Part shown: positions 1 to 12,494 of the stretch, piece after piece
How positions within the stretch are numbered: position 1 is the stretch's first letter
How the letters are laid out: each line of letters begins with the position of its first letter
Assembly: GCA_029717555.1 (NCBI GenBank)
Contig: JAMDHS010000064.1
Coordinates: forward strand, 62,001 to 121,364
DNA length: 59,364 bases
Source of the DNA: Peribolospora baueri
Taxonomy: Eukaryota
Reading direction: 5' to 3'
Notes under the pieces: generated by a model
Databases searched by the model: none
Seen by the model: the letters and a program-made list of their open reading frames with translations, nothing else
What the model was told of the DNA's origin: nothing
Program-made: the position numbers and the translations under genes

Positions 1-93
1 AGGCTACGCGAGCTGGAGGCGGAGGTGGTGAAGGAGCTCAACGGCATCGTCGTCGCGGCCGGCAAGGTCGGGGAAGAGAAGGCGGCGCATTGA
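1..93 (+). CDS. 3' end of a gene truncated by the window edge (RLRELEAEVVKELNGIVVAAGKVGEEKAAH*)
   Basis: Frame 1 is open from base 1 to TGA at 91-93, with G/C-rich third positions like the other genes. It is followed by purine-rich, UTR-like sequence. Product not identifiable. Confidence 0.5.
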   Translation, partial: RLRELEAEVVKELNGIVVAAGKVGEEKAAH

Positions 94-1644
94 GGTGCGC
101 TGCAAAGTGCGTGGAGAGAGGAAGAGGGAAGAGGGAAGAAGAAAGAGGGGAAGTACGGTCGCCTCGCAGACGCGGATGTGACCTTATCGACGCTTCCATG
201 ACGCGTCGCGTGTCGTCATGCTGGGGCCCGAGGGCGGGGCGAGTGACCGAGTACGGTCGACACGCCGACGGGTCGATTCCAGGAAGGAATAAACGAGCGG
301 GCGGGCGAGCGAAGGAAGGAATGAATGAACGCACGAAAGAACGAATGAGCGAGCGAGCGAACGAAGGAAGGAAGGAATGAACTAGGAAAGGCTCGCTCGG
401 ACCGGGCGCGCTTCCTTTTCGGGCAGGCCCGTTCCCGGCCAGACATTGTCTCTGGCTCGAGAAGGATGTTTGGGTCGGTCGGTCGGAGCACACGCGTCGG
501 GCGTGCGTTGTGCCAGGATCGGTCGGCGTGTTCCCGCCGGACATGAGCGAGAAGAGTGATGTTTTCTTATGGAACGGCGGGAGCTTGCATAGATTGTATT
601 GCATTGCATTGCATTGCGGGATGGTCTGCGCTGCGCAGACATTGCGCAGCACGGCAGGTACGCCGCGGACCTGCGTCGTCGTCATCGTTATCGTCGTCGT
701 CGACCGAGGACGAGACGGAGGGACGACGACGGATCTCGGTCGCCGTCGTGCTCACCATCCCATCCTATCACCAAATGGATGCAACGCGATCGAGCAATGG
801 CCGCCTCCATTCTTTCCTTCCATTTTTGCAAGCCGCCAGCAACTGCGGCAGGCTGCGGGGGGAATGGCGATGATGGAATAATGCGGCAGAGTTCGAAGTG
901 GGTTGGACCCGAGGCTTAGGCCAGACATTCGTTCCGAACTGGGGTCGTCGTTCGCGCTCCTCGCCGAGATTAGCGTCGACGACGACGACGATGGCGAGCA
1001 CAGATTAGATGGCAAGGCAAGGCAAGGAGGACCAGCTCGCGCGGATCGTCGTCGTTTGTCGTCAGACTCGGTCAGCTGTTTCTCCTATGCGCTAACCATC
1101 TCATTCGCGCCCTCCGCCGGCGTCTCTAGCTCCATCGTCCTGTCGACTCGTCTCCTCTCCCTCCTCCGCTCACCTTCTCTCTTGCTCACCCACCAGCCGG
1201 CCAAGCCCCTCGTGGATGACCCCGACGGGCCGGACCGGACGGCGCCGACGGACGGACAGACACAGGGAAGGAGGGCGACCGCCACTGCCGCCGGCACCGT
1301 CCAACGCGTTCACGCCGACGGTCCCCTTCTTGCCCTGCCTTTCTGTGCGTTCCCTCCTCCCCGGTCCCCTCTTAACACCACCCCTTCGTTCTCGCCTCCT
1401 CCCTTTCCTCCTTCCAGCCACGTCCGACCGCCATCGCCGGCCTTCCCCTGCTTTGTCCTCCTCCTACCCCCCGTTCAACCCGACCGTAGAGCTGGTCCTC
1501 ACACCCGCATCCTTTCTTTCCATATCACCGCCGCGCCTGCCGCGCCGCTCACATCTTCTCTCTTCTTCTCTCCATTCCTCTCCATCCATCTCGTCACTGT
1601 CCCTAGATCCTCACCCTCGCCCTCGACTCCGCCACTGACTCACG

Positions 1645-2835
1645 ATGACGCGCGTCCTCTCCCCCTTCCTCGTCGCCCTCGGCGCTCTCCTCTTCCTCAC
1701 CCTCGCCGCCCCCCAAGCTCAGGCGCAAGCCCAAGCGGCCGTCGCAGAGCCCCGCGGCCTGCCCGTCGACTTCCGCGACGTAGACGCGGACGACTCGTGG
1801 ATCTCTGAGCGCCGTCGCGCCCGCACCGCCGGAGGCTACGATTACGCCACCGACGACCGTCTGCCCGCCAGCATGAGGCGCTCCAGCGTCGACGGCGGCC
1901 TCGCCGATCTGCCCTCTGCCAGCGGTCTTGCCGCCCGCCAAGGTGGCGATTCCTTCTCCGTAAAGCGCCACCACCACCACCACCACCAATCCCCGCCCGT
2001 CCCCAGCGGCCTCCTCTCCCGGAAGCGCGACGTGCCCGACGGCGGATTCGCTCACCTCCCCTCCGCCAGCGGCGCCGCACATCATAAGAAGCACGGCAAA
2101 CACGACAAGGTCGGAAATGGCAACCGGAAGCGCGACGCCGCCGATGGCGGCGCAATGACGGACTCGACCGGCCGCCGTCCGACGCCTAGCGGCTCCTTCG
2201 GAAAGAAGCACCACCGCCATGGCGCCGGGAGGCGCGCCGTCGACGGCGGCGTAGCCGCCGCTCCCGCTGCCAGCGCCGTCACTGCTCGTGCGAACGTGGA
2301 GCGCGATGAGGACGAGGAAGAAGGGGAGGTGAGTGGACGCGGAGCAAACGGACGGCCAGGCCATCTGGCCAACCGGCTGCCGGCCGGTCGACTCTGTTGT
2401 GACCTCTGGGACGCGCTTAACCCGCCCGGCCATCCATTATCGTCTTCGCAGGTCCAGCGCCGTGGCCAGATGCCCTTCTCGCACCCAACCACGGCCCTCG
2501 ACGCCTCGCTCTGCCCGCGCGGCCTGCTCGCCTGCCCCGTCTCCCCGCCGCCCTCGATCCGCGGTCTCGAGGCGCGCCACGCCCTCCTCGCCGGCGTCCA
2601 CCCACTCTCGCCGCGCTCCGCCACCGCAGAGTGCGTCAACCCGGACGAGGAGCTCGAGAGCTGCGGAGGCTGCGCCTCCACGGCCGAGGGCCACAACTGT
2701 CTCGCCATCACCAACGTCGTCCATGCGAGCTGCGACGTCGGAAAGTGCCGCGTCCTCTCTTGCCGCAACGGCTTTGCGCCTTCGTCCAACGGCACCGCAT
2801 GCGAGGTCGCCCCCGCCTCCGCCGCCGCTTATTAG
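1645..2835 (+). CDS. Secreted protein with Kex2-type dibasic repeats, His-rich spacers and a C-terminal 10-Cys CPL1/PriA-like domain
   Basis: Hydrophobic signal peptide MTRVLSPFLVALGALLFLTLAAPQAQA. The C-terminus CPRGLLACP...ECVNPDEELESCGGC...NCLAITNVVHASCDVGKCRVLSCRNG...C matches the recalled basidiomycete PriA/CPL1 Cys pattern. Probable in-frame intron at 2329-2451. Confidence 0.85.
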   Translation: MTRVLSPFLVALGALLFLTLAAPQAQAQAQAAVAEPRGLPVDFRDVDADDSWISERRRARTAGGYDYATDDRLPASMRRSSVDGGLADLPSASGLAARQGGDSFSVKRHHHHHHQSPPVPSGLLSRKRDVPDGGFAHLPSASGAAHHKKHGKHDKVGNGNRKRDAADGGAMTDSTGRRPTPSGSFGKKHHRHGAGRRAVDGGVAAAPAASAVTARANVERDEDEEEGEVSGRGANGRPGHLANRLPAGRLCCDLWDALNPPGHPLSSSQVQRRGQMPFSHPTTALDASLCPRGLLACPVSPPPSIRGLEARHALLAGVHPLSPRSATAECVNPDEELESCGGCASTAEGHNCLAITNVVHASCDVGKCRVLSCRNGFAPSSNGTACEVAPASAAAY

Positions 2836-3648
2836 ACGCGTGATCGGGGAGAAACGCTAGCGTAGACCGAGCACGGGGCGGACGCAAATTCCGACCGACC
2901 CCGACTCTACCCAAAACACCGGGCCCGGAGCCCTTTTTTTTGTTTTTTTTTTATCTTATTTTCCTTGTCCTTCGTCCGACGCTGGCTGAGGACGAACCAA
3001 CCGACCGACTCCTTTTCAAAGCGCTCTCCCTCCTCCCTCCTTACCCCACTCGCCTTCCCCATGAGCCCTTTCGTCTGTTTGTCTTGGGCTCCACATTCGC
3101 GCCCGTCAAGTCAGCCCGGGCTGTCAGATGCGCGCGGGTCGGTTCGGTGTCCCATTGCGCTTCCTTCTATTCTAAAAGACCTTCCGAACTTGATCACTTC
3201 ACAGGACCCTCCTCCTTCCTCTCCTCCCCATCCTCCGCATCCAATCCATCCGTCCTGCCTCGGCTCGGCCGGCAGGGTAGCCACCACCAGGCGAACCGTC
3301 GCCCCCCCCGTCCTTCTTCTGTTTTCCTCTCTCTTCCTTTCTGCCCTTCTCCCATTAGTCTTCACTGTAGCCTTATCTTTCCCCTCCCTTCCTCCTCTTT
3401 TAGCCTCCACAATCTTTAACCAACTCCATCCTCACTCATTTCGTCGCAATCCATCCATCCACCCGCTCACGCCCAGTCCCACCCGGTTGGCTAAGCACGA
3501 CGAGCATGCCGAACGAAGGAACGAACGAAACGAGCGTATTCGATCGACGACGACTCGCTTGCTCTCTCACCTCTTCCTTCCTTCCTTCCTTCCTTCCTTC
3601 CCTCCCTTCCCTTTACGGGTGCGACAGCTTGTCAGGACACCTCTGCAT

Positions 3649-3697
3649 CAGACAGACAGACACACAGACAGACACACAGACGGATAGATAGATAGAT
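3649..3697. repeat. Compound microsatellite (CAGA/CACA)n(GATA)n
   Basis: Read directly in the intergenic region between two convergent genes. Confidence 0.85.
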
Positions 3698-4471
3698 GGA
3701 AGGATGGCTCCGAAGCAGACTCCAGCGTGTCGCCCACTGCCACGACTGACGCCCCACGGCACGCATGGGGAGGAGCACCGATGCATCGATCGCTCGCTCG
3801 ATGGCTGGACTGGTTGGCTCGGAGGACGAGAGTGTCGGACGACTCGGAGAGAAAGACAGAGCAGCGGGAAAATCCTCCTCGCCGCCTTCATTTGTACGAG
3901 CTCGGTTTGTGTGCGCCCTTTCACCTCGCCCCATGCCGACCTGCCTGGCTGTTGTGTATCCTGCCCGGAGTTCAAGCACTGCACAAGCGCGTCCTTGCCT
4001 TCCCCTAGCGGCAGGGTCATTCCACGGCCGCCACTTTTTTTTTCTCTTTTTCTTCCCGCTCGTTCATGGCATGCGGCTGCGGGAAGGGTTAAAAGACGAG
4101 ACGAAAGAGATCGTACACGGGACGCGAACGGGACGAGTCGAAGAATGAATCGGTGAATGGATGGAACATGCAAGAAAGATAGGAAGGAGGACAAGGAGAA
4201 GGAAGACATTCGGCCGGACGCGGGCGCCAAAGGACCAAGGCTGGCAACGTCGTCGAGGAAGGAACACGGACTTGTGGCGAGGACGACGTAGGGACGACAG
4301 GAAAAGACGAAGGATTATGTAGGGACCTCGAACCTGACTTGACCCGGCCCGGTTGCTGGGTGTTCGTAATGAATGAGCAGCGTGACGTGCTCGCATGTGT
4401 ACAACAACGACGACGAGGGACACGGATGTACCCCTTCGTCGCCCTTTCCTTCCCTTACTCACCTGCCTGCC

Positions 4472-7400
4472 TCACCACAGGCTCCGGTTGCCAGCGGGAG
4501 GAGGCAGGCCAGCTCGACCAAATCCGCCGCCATACCCCGACTGCGGGGCCATCATACCCACCGGCGCCTGAACAGCTCCCCCCGGCACAGGACCGGGCCC
4601 GTACTGCGAAGGAGGTGGCAGGTGTTGCTGTGGTTGATACGCTCCGACGCCGACCGGGGTCTGGTAAGCGTGGTGGTGAGGATAAGCGACAGGCGTCACG
4701 CCGTACGGTGCAGCCGTCCCGTACTGAGTCATGCCCGGGCCCGGCCTTGGTACCAGCGGCGAGTCCAACGGACCTGGCCCCATCTGTCGAGCTGCGGAAG
4801 GATCATGTCCGTATCCTCCCGACGCCGCCCCCGGCGGGACTCCGCGAGGGGGTCGAGCAGAGGGGTGTATGGCCGCTTTGAAAGCGTTCGTCACTGGCGG
4901 TTTGCCGGATCCATGGGCCCCTGGCCGGTGGTACGGAGGAGCACCGGCCGCCGAAGCTGAGAAAGCTATCGAAGGTGCTTGCTGCATCGGTCCTACCACC
5001 GGAGAGCCGCCGGTCGCCGTCGCGAGCGGCCGGTTGTAAGGACCGACCGGCGATGGTGGCACCCAGAGCCCCGCCGAGATTTGCATCGGTGCGCTGGCGG
5101 ACGAGTAGTCGTACGGCTGCGACGCCGTTACCGGCTGCTGAGTGTGCAATGGGGAGTACGCACTGAATGGCCGCGGCGCTGAAGACTGCGTCATCAACGA
5201 CGGCGGGCGCGCGGTTGTAAACGCTGGTGCGTGAGGGGCCGTGGAAAACGGAAGGGTACGCGATGCCGGCGAAAGGAAGCCCTGCTGGTGCTGAGCTGTG
5301 GAGTGCGCTGGATAGAAAGACCGATGCGGGTGACCGTGGGCGCCGCTCGAATTAGTGGAAGGGCCGCCGGGTGCGGCGTGTTGTTGAGATAAAATTGACT
5401 GAGAAGAGTATGGGGGGCCAGACATGCCGGTCGAAGCGCTGTTGACGTGCGGCGAGATCAAGTTGTTGCCGCTCACGGACGTCGATCGAGGAAGAGTGAA
5501 TCGGTCGCCGAGACCGTCCGCCTTAGCGGTCTCGGTCCCTTGGTCGATATCCTCCGATTTGAGGTCGTTAAGCGACGACGGTATTGCAGACGGGAAGTCG
5601 TCCGCGATCCCTCGCAGCGAGTTCTCCACTTTGGTCACCCTCGTGTCCGCCGGCTGCGACCAGACATTCTTGATATGATCGCGATCTGGAGCGTTTTGCG
5701 ACGACGACTCGAGAACAGGGAAGAGCGGGGATTGTCCCCACGTCGAGGACGCCAATGTCGAGGACACGACAGGTTCCTTGGCCGCCGGTGATACCTGCGC
5801 ACAGACGGTGAATGCAAACTCGTGAGCTCCTGAACAGGGGCGAAGCGCAGATGGACATGTCGGCATACCTTTTCCGAAGTAACCCCGGACCCTTTCGATA
5901 GCACATCGACGCTCGATCCGGCTTCCCGAGACGAAGACGACGTCAACGACTTGGAGCCATCAGCTGCCTCCGGCTGCAAACCCGAACCCTGACCGTCCAC
6001 GACGCTGCTCTCGATCTCGCTAGAGACCATGAAAGTCGCAGCGTCCGTGGTGGTGGCGTTGATAGACTGAGCTTTAACGCCGACGTCGCGCGAGAAACCG
6101 AACGCTTCGCCGGTGCGGAGGCGCGATCTCGACTTCATAGTGCCCGTCGAAGGAGACAGCGTGGATGAGCCATCGCCTTGCTTGTACTCCCCATCGCTCG
6201 CGGCCGAGGGCGACATCGCCGTAGTTGACCCCTTGAGGTTTCCGTTGGCCTGTGATGTCGACGGTAGACGCACTTTTGGCGTGTCCGAACTCGTTCCTTC
6301 TGCAGTGACCACGGTCGTCGCCGTCTCCCTTTCATCGGAAGCGGCTTTATGGGGAGAAGGAGGAAGAGAATCCATGCGACGCCAAGAGCCCTCTTCAGGC
6401 GCGCGAAGACGGGCCCGCGAACGTCCGAGGAGACCAGGCAGCGGCGCACCACGTTCGGGGCCACGACGGGGAATATTCAGAGTGGGAGAAACGGTAGTGG
6501 CAGGTGCAGATGGCGACGTCCGCGAGCCGGAATCGGTTGTTGAAATCGTCCGGACAGTTCCGCCGTTCGTCGTCGTCGTCTTCGCAGCCGTCGATGGCTG
6601 ATTTTGGCGGAGGTTTTGCGTCGAGAATGGCTGTATACGCTTTTTAGGAAGATTGACGGGCGAAATGACGATGCCTCGGTTGAACCTCTTCTTAAAGAAC
6701 ATGTCGTCTCTTTGGAGCGTCCGCTTGGACAAATCCGAGGGAGGATCCCACGACAGGAACTGGACCGGCCAAACTGGCACGTTGTACAGTGCGCGCTGTC
6801 GAGCGCTAATCCGTGGACGAGGCTTGTTCAAAGCAAGCTTGTTGATCTTCACCGTGTACGTTTTCCACGGCCGTGGCGAATGCGGAAGCTCGGGACGCGA
6901 CATGTTGAAGTCGGCCGGACTGATGATGATCATCCTGCTAGGCTGGACAGGGCGAGCGGGCACCGAAGGTGATATGGGAGGATCTGCGATGCGAGCTTTT
7001 CGGCCGCTCTTCGACGAAACCTGTCCATCGAGCGTTGTAGTGGTAGGCGTGTCGGGCCCGGCGACGTCACTCGCCTTTGTCAGCTGAGGCACTTTGGCCT
7101 TCTGGGCGGTGGTAACAGTTGCAGCTTCGCGAGCTCTTCCTCCCTCCGCGATGGCTCCCTTGATGCGCGTCATCACATCATCCAAGACGGACATTTCGCA
7201 CAGCTTGAAGCCTTCCTTCGAGTCGATCATGGGCGCCTTGGACGGCCCGCCGACCCGAGCAAACAAAGAAACTTTCGGAGACGTAAGTGGAGACGTCGGC
7301 GGCTTTTCGGTAGGAGGAGACGAACGAAGCCCGAGATCAGGAGTTTGCGATACGGTTTGCGCGGTCGCTTTACCCTCGCCAGGGCCGGGCCGGGTCGAAG

Positions 7401-10400
7401 GATCGACCGGCACGGTCGTCTCAGCACGAGTGAGAACATGCGGTGGAGTCTCCCTTGGGGTCTTCTTGGACGAAGGAGAAGCGACAACTGGAGCGGCGGC
7501 TCTGCGCCAGGAAAGATGCTCCTCATCTCGCGAAGAAGAGCTGGGCCCAGTCGACGGCGGTGGTGGTATTGGCGTAGAGGGGCCCGTGCTTCCCGTCCGC
7601 GGAGTCGGAATCTCTTTCCTATGAGCTTCATCTCGCTGAAAGCTCGGCGAAAGCCTTTGCGAAGGTTGGAAGGCCGCCGCGCCCGACCGCGGAAGGTCCG
7701 ACTCTCGCGGTCGGCCAACGTCACGAGGAGGCAGAACCGCTTCGGATCCACGGTCGTTCTTTGGTCTCCAAGCTTCCTGCCGAGCTTGCCCCGCTGCCTG
7801 GTTAGCGACGGAGGCGGATCTGACAGACGGGGACGTCGCCGGTGGTGCAGCGGCGGCCCCCGCACCCGGCTCCTCCGCTGCTTTCGCGGGGACAGGCGCC
7901 TTCGCTGGCTCCTTGGGCTGGGTCTCTGCCGCCGCCTTAGCACCTGCCGCAAGCGCCTTCGCCTTCTCCTCCAACTCGAGAGCCTTCTTTCTCGCCCGTT
8001 CCTTCTGCGCCTCCCGCTCTTCCTCTTCCTTCTGCCTTCGCATTCGCGCCCGCTCTGCAGCTGAATGCATCTCATTGGCCTGCATCTTCTCAAACTCTTC
8101 CTTGTCCGGCGGGGGGAACGGTCCGGTAGCACTCGGACCCGAACCCGAACCCGAACCTGGACCGGGACGGTTCGTGCCATCGGACGGAGGAAGTTGCTGA
8201 GGAAGACTCTGTTGTGCGGCGATGGGCGACAGGAAAGACTTTAGCCCGCCGACAGCTGGTGGCGGAGGCCGTGAGGGTCCGTCAGCTGGTTGAGACTCAG
8301 AACGAGGACCGTCGGCGATCGCACCGGGCCCAGCGACGGGTAAGGGTCGCTGTGGCTCGCCGACCGGAGCCGGAGGCTCCCGATCCCGTTCCCTTGCAGC
8401 CCGCCAATCACCGGAGGAGCGCGCCGGCTCTGCCATCGGGAACGTCCGGGCGCCCACGGCGGGGTCGCTTTGGGGGGTCCCAGCCTTGTGCGGGGGCTCG
8501 TCGTGCCTGAACTGTAACAGGCGGCCTTGAGGCCTAGGCCCGGCCTCGTTGGGCCGAGCATCACTGAGTCGACGAGGAGCCGCAGACGATGCCGGGGATG
8601 GTACGGCCTCGGGAGGCTGGCCGACAGATGTGAGGTGAGGGGGCGCATCATGAACTCCGGACGGGCGACGGAGGAGATGGAAGGACGGATGTGGGGGAGG
8701 ATCGCGTCCTCGGAAGTCTGAGCCTGGCACTTGACCAAGGCCCGGAGCCGGTCGACGATTCCAGACATTTGCGGGCGATTCGGAGACTCTCCCGTTGTTA
8801 GGCTCCAAACGATTCGACCTCTCATTGAACAGAGCTCTCGGTCCAGGGGCGTGCGGAGGCGGTTCGCGACTCGCCCGTGGCGGCGGCAGTACGTCGCCAT
8901 CCGGCGCGGCCACGCGGCTTTCCTTACTACCGGCCTCGGCAGCGGGTCCATCAGGACGAGGATGTCCGCTCCTCGGCCAGCTCCGGTCAAAGTCGTCGAC
9001 GAAGCGATCTTCCTTGCTGACAGGGGGACCTCGGGATTCGTCTGCCGGTGGAGGCAGAGGTTCTTCCATGTGCTCATTCTCTTCGTGATGAGGAATTTTG
9101 TATTGCGTGCCGTCACCAAACTCGACCACCTCGTCCAAAAACCCGCTATCTTCATCCTCCATCTGATGCAAGAGGCGAGCGAACATAACGGGGAAAGGTC
9201 AGCAAGCCACAACTTTAAACCCCAAGCTCCACGATATCATCAGCTAGACAACAACGGGAAGCGATCGTAAACAAAGGGTAGGAACGTGGCTCACCTCATC
9301 CCAATGGCTCGCATTCTTATCCAGTCCCGTTCCCCTAAATCTGTCCAAGCCCCTTAACAAAGCCTGCTGCTGCGCGGCGGCTTCTGCCGCCTCCCTCTTC
9401 TCCCTCTCCTCCTTTTCTCGCTTTCCCTTGGCCGCCTCGGCCGCCGTGGGGAAGTCCTTACTCGGCACGACGGTGGTCGTAGTTGGCGCCTTTACGACGC
9501 CCCATGCGGAGCGACTTGGAGACGCCGTGCGCACCTTCGACGCCAGCTGGCTCAGGGGCCCGGGGGACGCTCGAGGCCCTGCGCCGCCGGCACCGGCCGC
9601 TCCAGCTACGGGTGAACTGGTGCGTGAAGAGTGCCCGGAAGCCATGGACGTGAGCCGTGGAGCGGCATTGGCGGCGCCGAGAGCTGGAGAAGCGTTGGGC
9701 GATGGAGAGGAGACATTGGCGACGCCGTGGGCGGGCTGCGTTGGGGCAGCCGTAGATGAGGGACCGGGACGAGCCCAGCCAGCGGGTGCAGAGGTGGTGC
9801 CAGTGGAGACTTTGCTCGTCACCAGGCGGGAGTGCGGGGAGGATGTGCTCAGACGTCCTGAAGGAAGGAAAGGAAGGGGGAGACTTTGTGAGAAAAGAAA
9901 TGCGCAGAGCGTGTGATGGCCAGCCTTCCATCCATCCATCATCCTAAGCAGATGGGGGTCTCACCAGCAGGGGCGACCGGGCTCGAGACGGCGGCCCTTG
10001 GCGGCGTGACGGGCGAGCTTGCCTTCTCCAGGAAGCGTCTGTTGACATTGAGGGAAGAGAACTTTTTTGCAGTCGAGGAAGCCGTCGCTGCTGCTGCCGC
10101 GGCCTTCGGACTGTTCTCGGCGCCAGTGGGTGAAGTGGACTCCAGGACAGGCGAAGCTGTCGTGGGGCCCGCGGTTTCACCTGTGGCCACCGCCGGCGCC
10201 GTCGTCGTCGTCGCCGATGTAGCCTCTAAAGTCGGGGGTGCGGTGCGTCCTGCATCAGTATCAATCAATCCGGATGAGTGGCCTTGTCCTGTTGCGCTCT
10301 CAGCAGCTGACAGAGACGGCCGGAGAGGCACGGAGGCGGGCCCGCCACCGGTGGTGGTGTCGGTGGCACCGTCAGCCGTCGTCGAACTCGTCGCAGCCGA

Positions 10401-10418
10401 TGTGCCTTCGCCGCTCAT
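4472..10418 (-). CDS. ~1877-aa Pro/Ser-rich low-complexity protein, probable PRRC2/BAT2-like; 4 exons (10418-9965, 9857-9295, 9162-5869, 5794-4472)
   Basis: GT..AG introns join the ORFs in phase (5634 nt in total). Conserved-looking islands are KKFSSLNVNRRFLEK, DFPTAAEAA, HWDEMEDEDSGFLDEVVEFGDGTQY and a charged coiled coil (AAERARMRRQKEEEEREAQKERARKK). The family call is inference. Confidence 0.75.
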
Positions 10419-10857
10419 CTCCCGTGTTGGCTGCGCCCTCGTCCTTCCTGCCGATTTGTAGGCCGGCTCTGGGAGATGGAGGTGAAGCGAAGGAGTGGGC
10501 GCGGTGCCGGTCACTCTGGGGACCGTGGGGGGAATGGAGGGGTATCTAGAGCGTCGAGAGGAGAGACTTGGATGGAGCGCGACGCGATCAAAACTTGAAC
10601 CGCAGCTCACACGGGCGGGTCCAGTTTTGGCAAAACCCTGCCCCCTCCATTCGGCTTTCCTTTGCTTCGGGCGCCCGACACCGTGGGCAACGTACGTCTA
10701 TGTATCAATGAGCGCATCGTGCACGGATTTCCAAGGCGAGCGTGTGTGATGCTCTCGCACGAGAGAAAAAAAAGGGAACAGGTATACACATGATGTGCAG
10801 CCATCTAGATCGACACCGGTACAGCGAAACCCCCGTTCCCTGCTTCGCTGCCGTCCT

Positions 10858-12345
10858 TTACTTCTTTTCGCTCTTAGCCTCCTCCTTCGGCGGCTGCAGC
10901 TTGTACGTCTCGGGCCGCGCGTCCACGCCGCTACCGACCTGTTCCCACGGAGACGTGCCCTCAAAGTTCCTGGATGCGTGGAGGGGATGATAAAAGGCAG
11001 AGAGTCAATGTCGACTCACACGAGCCTGGCCGGTTGAGTACGTGCTCACCTGAATGCCTGAGTGAGCTGGAGAGGCTCGCTGGAAGGAGCGCAAGGGAGA
11101 AATGCAAAGAACACGTGTCAAGGGCCTGCTCGACCTCCGTACAAAGAAAAGGGAGCGACCACGCGGCAGACTGTGGGACTCACTACACCACCCGCTTCCT
11201 CTCCTCGTCGTATCGCACTTCAGTGTACCCCGTCAGTGGGAAATCTTTCCGCAACGGGTGTCCCTCAAATCCTGAAGAGACGGAGGACAACAGGGGCGTG
11301 ATCAGTCGTCGTAATCTCATCTGTACACGGCAGATACACGACGCGATACCGATTCGATAAGTAATGATAAAAATCCATACCGTAGTCGGTGAGAATGCGT
11401 CGCCTGAAAAAAAAAGCGGGGAAGTGACATTACAGAAGTTGAGCGAACGATAACACTGGGCGAAGGAAGAACAGCTGAGCGATGGTCAGGTCACTCACAA
11501 GTCCGGGTGGTTGGTGAAGAAGACGCCGTAAAGGTCCCAAATCTCACGCTCGTACCTGTAAGGATGACGCAAAGAAAAGAACAAGAGCGAGCCACAATGT
11601 TCGTTAGTCTTCCGTTCTCTGACCCAAACCTTCATCGACCACGGTCGCCGAGAGACGTTCTGCCGCGCGTGGACTCACCAGTCAGCGCTCCTGAACAGAC
11701 CGGTGGCGCTGGGCACGGGAGACACCTCATCGGCGTGTGTCTTGACCCTGATCCTGGCGTTGTAACGGATGCTGAGCATGTGGTACACCACCTCAAACCT
11801 CTGCGCCTTGGTCGGGTAATCCGCGCCGCTGACGTCCATGAGCGCCTTGAACTGGCAAGACGTGTGGTCGCGGAGGAACTGCAGAACGGGCAGCAAGCCC
11901 TCAGGGTGCGCGTACAGCGTCAGCTCGTCCTTGTACACGCTGAATTGCTGGATAAACTTGGGGAGCAAGGAGACAAGGTAGGCGCCGTAGTCGTGCAAGG
12001 GCTCCGAGACCGAAGCGAACTTTTCCGCGTGGTTGATGCCCGCAGGCTCGGCGTAGGGGGAGTGGGGAGAGACTGCGGGAGCGAACGAGACAGAAGCGAC
12101 GAAGATGGATGCGACATGAGCGACGAGCGACTGCCTTTGTTATTGCATGGATGATCACACGACCTCTGCGCTATTCGCTTACCCTTGTCACCATCCTTGC
12201 GAGCGACGAAGCTTGTCTGGAAGCCGCGACGAGTGCCGGCGACGAAGCCGACCGCGGAGGACGTCCGGGCGACCGAGGTCGCGGGAGCCGGGCGGAGAGA
12301 GATAGCGGAGCGAGGGAGTACGCGAGCCACGGATCGGCAAGCCAT
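10858..12345 (-). CDS. NDUFS3: NADH:ubiquinone oxidoreductase 30 kDa subunit (Fe-S protein 3), mitochondrial
   Basis: Arg/Ser/Ala-rich presequence. Spliced signature [71 protein letters not shown], including a 23-nt exon at 11403-11381. Stop TAA at 10860-10858. Confidence 0.97.
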
Positions 12346-12476
12346 GGTGAAGATGGAGAGAAATGGAGGCTTAGCGTTGGGCGAGCTGAGCTGACGCTGG
12401 ACGCTGGCTAGGATAGGATGAGCGGTCGAGGAGGTCGGCTTCGATCTCGGGCGGCCGAGGCCGGACGCAGACGGGC

Positions 12477-12494
12477 TTGGGTTAGGGTTAGGGT
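12477..12494. promoter_or_regulatory. Telomere-like (TTAGGG)n tract in the NDUFS3/SPF27 bidirectional promoter
   Basis: TTGGGTTAGGGTTAGGGT lies near the middle of the 240-bp gap between the divergent ATGs at 12345 and 12586. Confidence 0.5.

Noticed and set aside
38..1640. Many overlapping 60-300 aa ORFs upstream of the secreted-protein gene
   Set aside because: Translations are low-complexity readings of microsatellites and pyrimidine tracts with no family motifs, as expected at this GC content.
6113..9270. Long antisense and alternate-frame ORFs over the PRRC2-like gene (also over BCK1 and the OSCA-like gene)
   Set aside because: Shadow ORFs caused by stop-codon scarcity in GC-rich coding DNA; Arg/Gly-rich with no recognisable domains.
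12477..12494. Interstitial telomere or chromosome-fusion scar
   Set aside because: Only about 3 repeat units inside a compact promoter between conserved genes; a factor-binding site or chance is more likely.
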